Assembly (NCBI GenBank): GCA_043754515.1 | Contig: JAYUUO010000068.1 | Span: 1-51,516 of the forward strand | Reading direction: 5' to 3' | Source: Armatimonadota bacterium | GTDB lineage: Bacteria > Armatimonadota > Armatimonadia > Armatimonadales > Armatimonadaceae | Length of the DNA: 51,516 nucleotides | Part shown: piece after piece, positions 48,894 to 51,516 of the stretch | Layout: every line of letters begins with the position of its first letter | How positions within the stretch are numbered: the first letter of the stretch is position 1 | Made by a program: the position numbers and the translations under genes | Notes under the pieces: generated by a model | The model's database searches: none | What the model saw: the letters and a program-made list of their open reading frames with translations, nothing else | What the model was told of the DNA's origin: nothing

Positions 48894-49005
48894 TGGAAGC
48901 CGGACGGACTCGAACCGCCACCCTTCCGAGTCAAGAGCCGGGCGGGCGAACCCGGACGGACTAGCGACATCGAGTGGACGCTCTTCCCTTTGAGCTACGG
49001 CTTCC
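48894..49005 (-). ncRNA. tRNA-like RNA with a 54-nt structured arm replacing the anticodon arm
   Basis: GGAAGCCG TA GCTC AAAGGGAA GAGC G [54 nt] AGGGT GGCGG TTCGAGT CCGTC CGGCTTCC A. Confidence 0.82.
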
Positions 49006-49019
49006 ACGATCGTCGGGTA

Positions 49020-49093
49020 TGGAAGCCGGGCGGAATCGAACCGCCAACCTTCCCCCTGAAAAAGGGACGCGCTTCCGTTGCGCTACGACTTCC
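49020..49093 (-). tRNA. Non-canonical tRNA-like gene, anticodon TTC (Glu), 8-bp acceptor
   Basis: GGAAGTCG TA GCGC AACGGAA GCGC G TCCCT TTTTCAG GGGGA AGGTT GGCGG TTCGATT CCGCC CGGCTTCC A. Confidence 0.8.
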
Positions 49094-49101
49094 CCGGCAT
49101 T

Positions 49102-49177
49102 TGAGGCGGACGGGGCTCGAACCCGTAACCTCCCGCGTGACAGGCGGGTGCTCTTCCGATTCTTGAACTACCGCCTT
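49102..49177 (-). tRNA. tRNA-Asp(GTC)-like gene, non-canonical (1:72 mismatch, A discriminator, no CCA)
   Basis: AAGGCGG TA GTTC AAGAATCGGAA GAGC A CCCGC CTGTCAC GCGGG AGGTT ACGGG TTCGAGC CCCGT CCGCCTC A. Confidence 0.82.
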
Positions 49178-49349
49178 CGGATCAGGATTCGGGGTGTGAC
49201 TCGCATTCTCCTTCACGACAAGTCGCGCGGCTTCAACGCGCGGCAGGAGAACGAGGTTCACGATGCGAATGTCAGACTCGGGCAGGTATTCTCTAAACTA
49301 TGGCGGAAATATACGCGTGAGAATGCTAGCAGTAGAAGGGCACTGAAAT

Positions 49350-51516
49350 ATGAGTGAGTCACGGTGTGGGACGCTGTGTACAGGGGTAGTAGCCACGGTA
49401 ATCTGCGCTTGCGGATTGATCGGACTCACCCCGGCGTGGGCACAACGTTCAGTACCGCTACCATCACCGCCGCTTCTTCTGCGATTACCGACACTGATGT
49501 CATCGCATCGTCGCGAACCCATGCCAACGCCAATTCCTCCTCGACGTAGCGCGACCCTTGCCATCCGACTCGATCCGCGCTCGAACCATGTGGACGTAGA
49601 TCTCTATGTACTCGCCCCCCGCCAGCTTTCAACCGACCCCGCCACCGGCGAGCGGGAGGCGCGGGAGGCACTACGATCGGCGTTCGGGGGGAATGGCGAT
49701 CTACCGACCAATTATCGAACATCCCCTTACGAAGCCGACCTTTACACCGGTGACGGTGACGATCCATACGGCACACAATCTACAAAGTTGCCTACTGCGA
49801 TCGCTTTTAACGGCTGGACGGATCGGTTCGCAACCAATCAGGGGCTCGGCGGTGATCACGGCGGTCCCATCTCCCGCGTCGGGTTCCTCCAATTAGGGCA
49901 TTTCAACCCGGCTCCCGTGCAACAGCTACTCCAACGCGTTGGCAACCGAGAGATGAAGGTCACGATCACCCTGAATCGCCACGACGCGCCCATCGCCAGA
50001 TGCGAGAACGCCATCGCCACCGACGGACCCCGCTTTTACACCGGCTTCCCCAACAGGATTATGACGACGAGCAAGAGGATGCCGGAGTCGGTGCTGTTCT
50101 CCGCAGTGATCCCGACAGGGAGCCCCTACCCCATTCTATCTTTTGCTACAGGCTATTCTCCCGCCGACGTCGCTGGTGGGTTGATCCCCGCCGCTGCCGT
50201 CCTGCTCGGTGCCCTCGTCGCGACCATCGTCTATAGGGCGCGAGCACTACGTGCCTTCGACCGGGCGGATGAATTGGCGCGACTCGACCCGGAGGCCGCC
50301 GCGCGAGCAAGAGAAATTATTCGATTCGGTTTCCTGCGGCTGCTCAAGGTGGGGGTGCCAGTCCTTTCGGCGGCATGGTGCGTCATATATATTCTGCTTA
50401 AGCCAATGCAACCGTTCCTCTGGGCGGCGAACCTGCGCGGTCTCGAGGCGACGCTTGGTTGGTCAGTGCTGTCATACTTGCTCCCGTTGGTCGCGACTGT
50501 TCTTGCCGCGGCCGTGTTCGCGATCCCCGTAATACGCCGTGCGAGTACGGGGGGGAGCGAGACGGCATCGCTGGGTAATATGCTTGGGGACGCCGGAGAG
50601 CAACTGCTACTTCCAATGCTTACGCTCCTGTTCACGGCACTCGGTGTCGGTGCTCTGCTAGATGCCCACTCCCTGCAATCCATTCCGCCTCTTCAGTACG
50701 TATCGAATGTCTCCTCCTGGCAACCTGGCAATGACCTGTTCATGGGGGACCCACTCCGTTGGTTAGCTTGGTTCTCATTGGCACTCGTTGCGCGTCTGAT
50801 GCTCCCATTATGGAGAGTTACTGTGGGTGATAAGGTTCAGTATCAGTTGACCGGGGGGGCACTGTTCGATCGAGTGATGGTACTCGCGACAAAGGCCGGG
50901 GTGACGGTGAAGCAGGTATCTTTTCTAAGCACCGGCAGCGACCGTACGGCGAACGCTTTCGCGGCGAATGGCAACCTGTTGATTTTCACCGACCGGCTAC
51001 TCTCTGACTTATCGCGTCGCGAGGTAGACGGGATGATTGCGCACGAACTCGCTCACCTGCGACGCAGACACCCGGCACGACCCACACAGGCACAGGCTAT
51101 TTCTGGGTTGGCACCGCTACTAATACTGTTGGCCCTAGCTTTCTCCGGTCGCTTTTTTGATGACATCGGGTGGCCATTGGCGACGGTGATCCCCGGATCT
51201 ACGCTCCTCGCGACGGCGGTTACCTTAGCCATGTCGCGGCGCTTCGAGAAGGAGGCCGACACCGACGCGGTAGCACTCACGGGCGATCCGGAAGGTCTGA
51301 TCCTCGGACTGGCCCGGTTGCGTCATCTGAGCGGGTTGCCGGAGGACTGGGGACGATTCGACTCCCAACTCCTGACGCACCCGTCCACCGCGCGGCGGAT
51401 CGCGTATCTTACCGCGGCAGGTAAAACTTCGCCGGACGAGTCGGAGCGGCTCCGGGATGCGCTCGCTAAGCTAGCCGATCCCGCGCCCGAAGGCGACCGA
51501 TATGCGCCGCCCACGG
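49350..51516 (+). CDS. M48-family Zn metallopeptidase with N-terminal exported domain and TM helices (runs off the window)
   Basis: Read by hand from ATG 49350 (MSESRCGTL...LTPAWA-Q) with no stop to the window end; ANAFA, IAHELAHL, SRRFEKEAD, LTHPSTARRI. Confidence 0.88.
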   Translation, partial: MSESRCGTLCTGVVATVICACGLIGLTPAWAQRSVPLPSPPLLLRLPTLMSSHRREPMPTPIPPRRSATLAIRLDPRSNHVDVDLYVLAPRQLSTDPATGEREAREALRSAFGGNGDLPTNYRTSPYEADLYTGDGDDPYGTQSTKLPTAIAFNGWTDRFATNQGLGGDHGGPISRVGFLQLGHFNPAPVQQLLQRVGNREMKVTITLNRHDAPIARCENAIATDGPRFYTGFPNRIMTTSKRMPESVLFSAVIPTGSPYPILSFATGYSPADVAGGLIPAAAVLLGALVATIVYRARALRAFDRADELARLDPEAAARAREIIRFGFLRLLKVGVPVLSAAWCVIYILLKPMQPFLWAANLRGLEATLGWSVLSYLLPLVATVLAAAVFAIPVIRRASTGGSETASLGNMLGDAGEQLLLPMLTLLFTALGVGALLDAHSLQSIPPLQYVSNVSSWQPGNDLFMGDPLRWLAWFSLALVARLMLPLWRVTVGDKVQYQLTGGALFDRVMVLATKAGVTVKQVSFLSTGSDRTANAFAANGNLLIFTDRLLSDLSRREVDGMIAHELAHLRRRHPARPTQAQAISGLAPLLILLALAFSGRFFDDIGWPLATVIPGSTLLATAVTLAMSRRFEKEADTDAVALTGDPEGLILGLARLRHLSGLPEDWGRFDSQLLTHPSTARRIAYLTAAGKTSPDESERLRDALAKLADPAPEGDRYAPPT

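Noticed and set aside
49020..49093. Unit 2 as a UCA-anticodon (Sec or opal suppressor) tRNA, given its 8/5 stem layout and TTCA in the loop
   Set aside because: With the 5-bp stem TCCCT/GGGGA the 7-nt loop centres on TTC. There is no long variable arm or extended D-stem.
48894..49177. tRNA-like units as an integration site of a prophage or island
   Set aside because: No integrase is nearby, and I saw no duplicated tRNA 3' end elsewhere in the window.
48615..49357. ORFs overlapping the tRNA-like array (48615-49007, 48705-49166, 48974-49357, 48995-49261)
   Set aside because: These are translations of tRNA-like sequence (GLEPP, GIEPPT, GSSPV) with no protein features.

Overview
GC-rich bacterial chromosomal segment. 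The VPESGT/VPETGT-type PEP-CTERM tails and the Rhs-core style suggest Armatimonadota or a similar exosortase-using phylum (inference only). 1-5.7 kb is a decaying Rhs polymorphic-toxin locus with three different toxin-tip/immunity pairs. The middle is mostly housekeeping: a beta-hydroxyacid dehydrogenase, pspA, greA, hpt, maf, a nucleoside-type ABC pair, queG, a GH10 xylanase, an RNase HI, an amidase, a two-component system with a MacAB-like operon, sthA, an IMPase, cysE, nth and mreBCD. It also holds three PEP-CTERM genes, one behind a cobalamin riboswitch, and several palindromic repeats, one inserted in-frame in an ABC ATPase. The most unusual feature is a tandem array of three non-canonical tRNA-like genes (48.9-49.2 kb, minus strand). 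One has its anticodon arm replaced by a 54-nt bulged helix reminiscent of a Y RNA Ro-binding stem. The array leads directly into an operon for a small helical protein, an atypical Zn-motif SDR and an LRR protein. The window ends inside an M48 peptidase gene that is absent from the ORF track.
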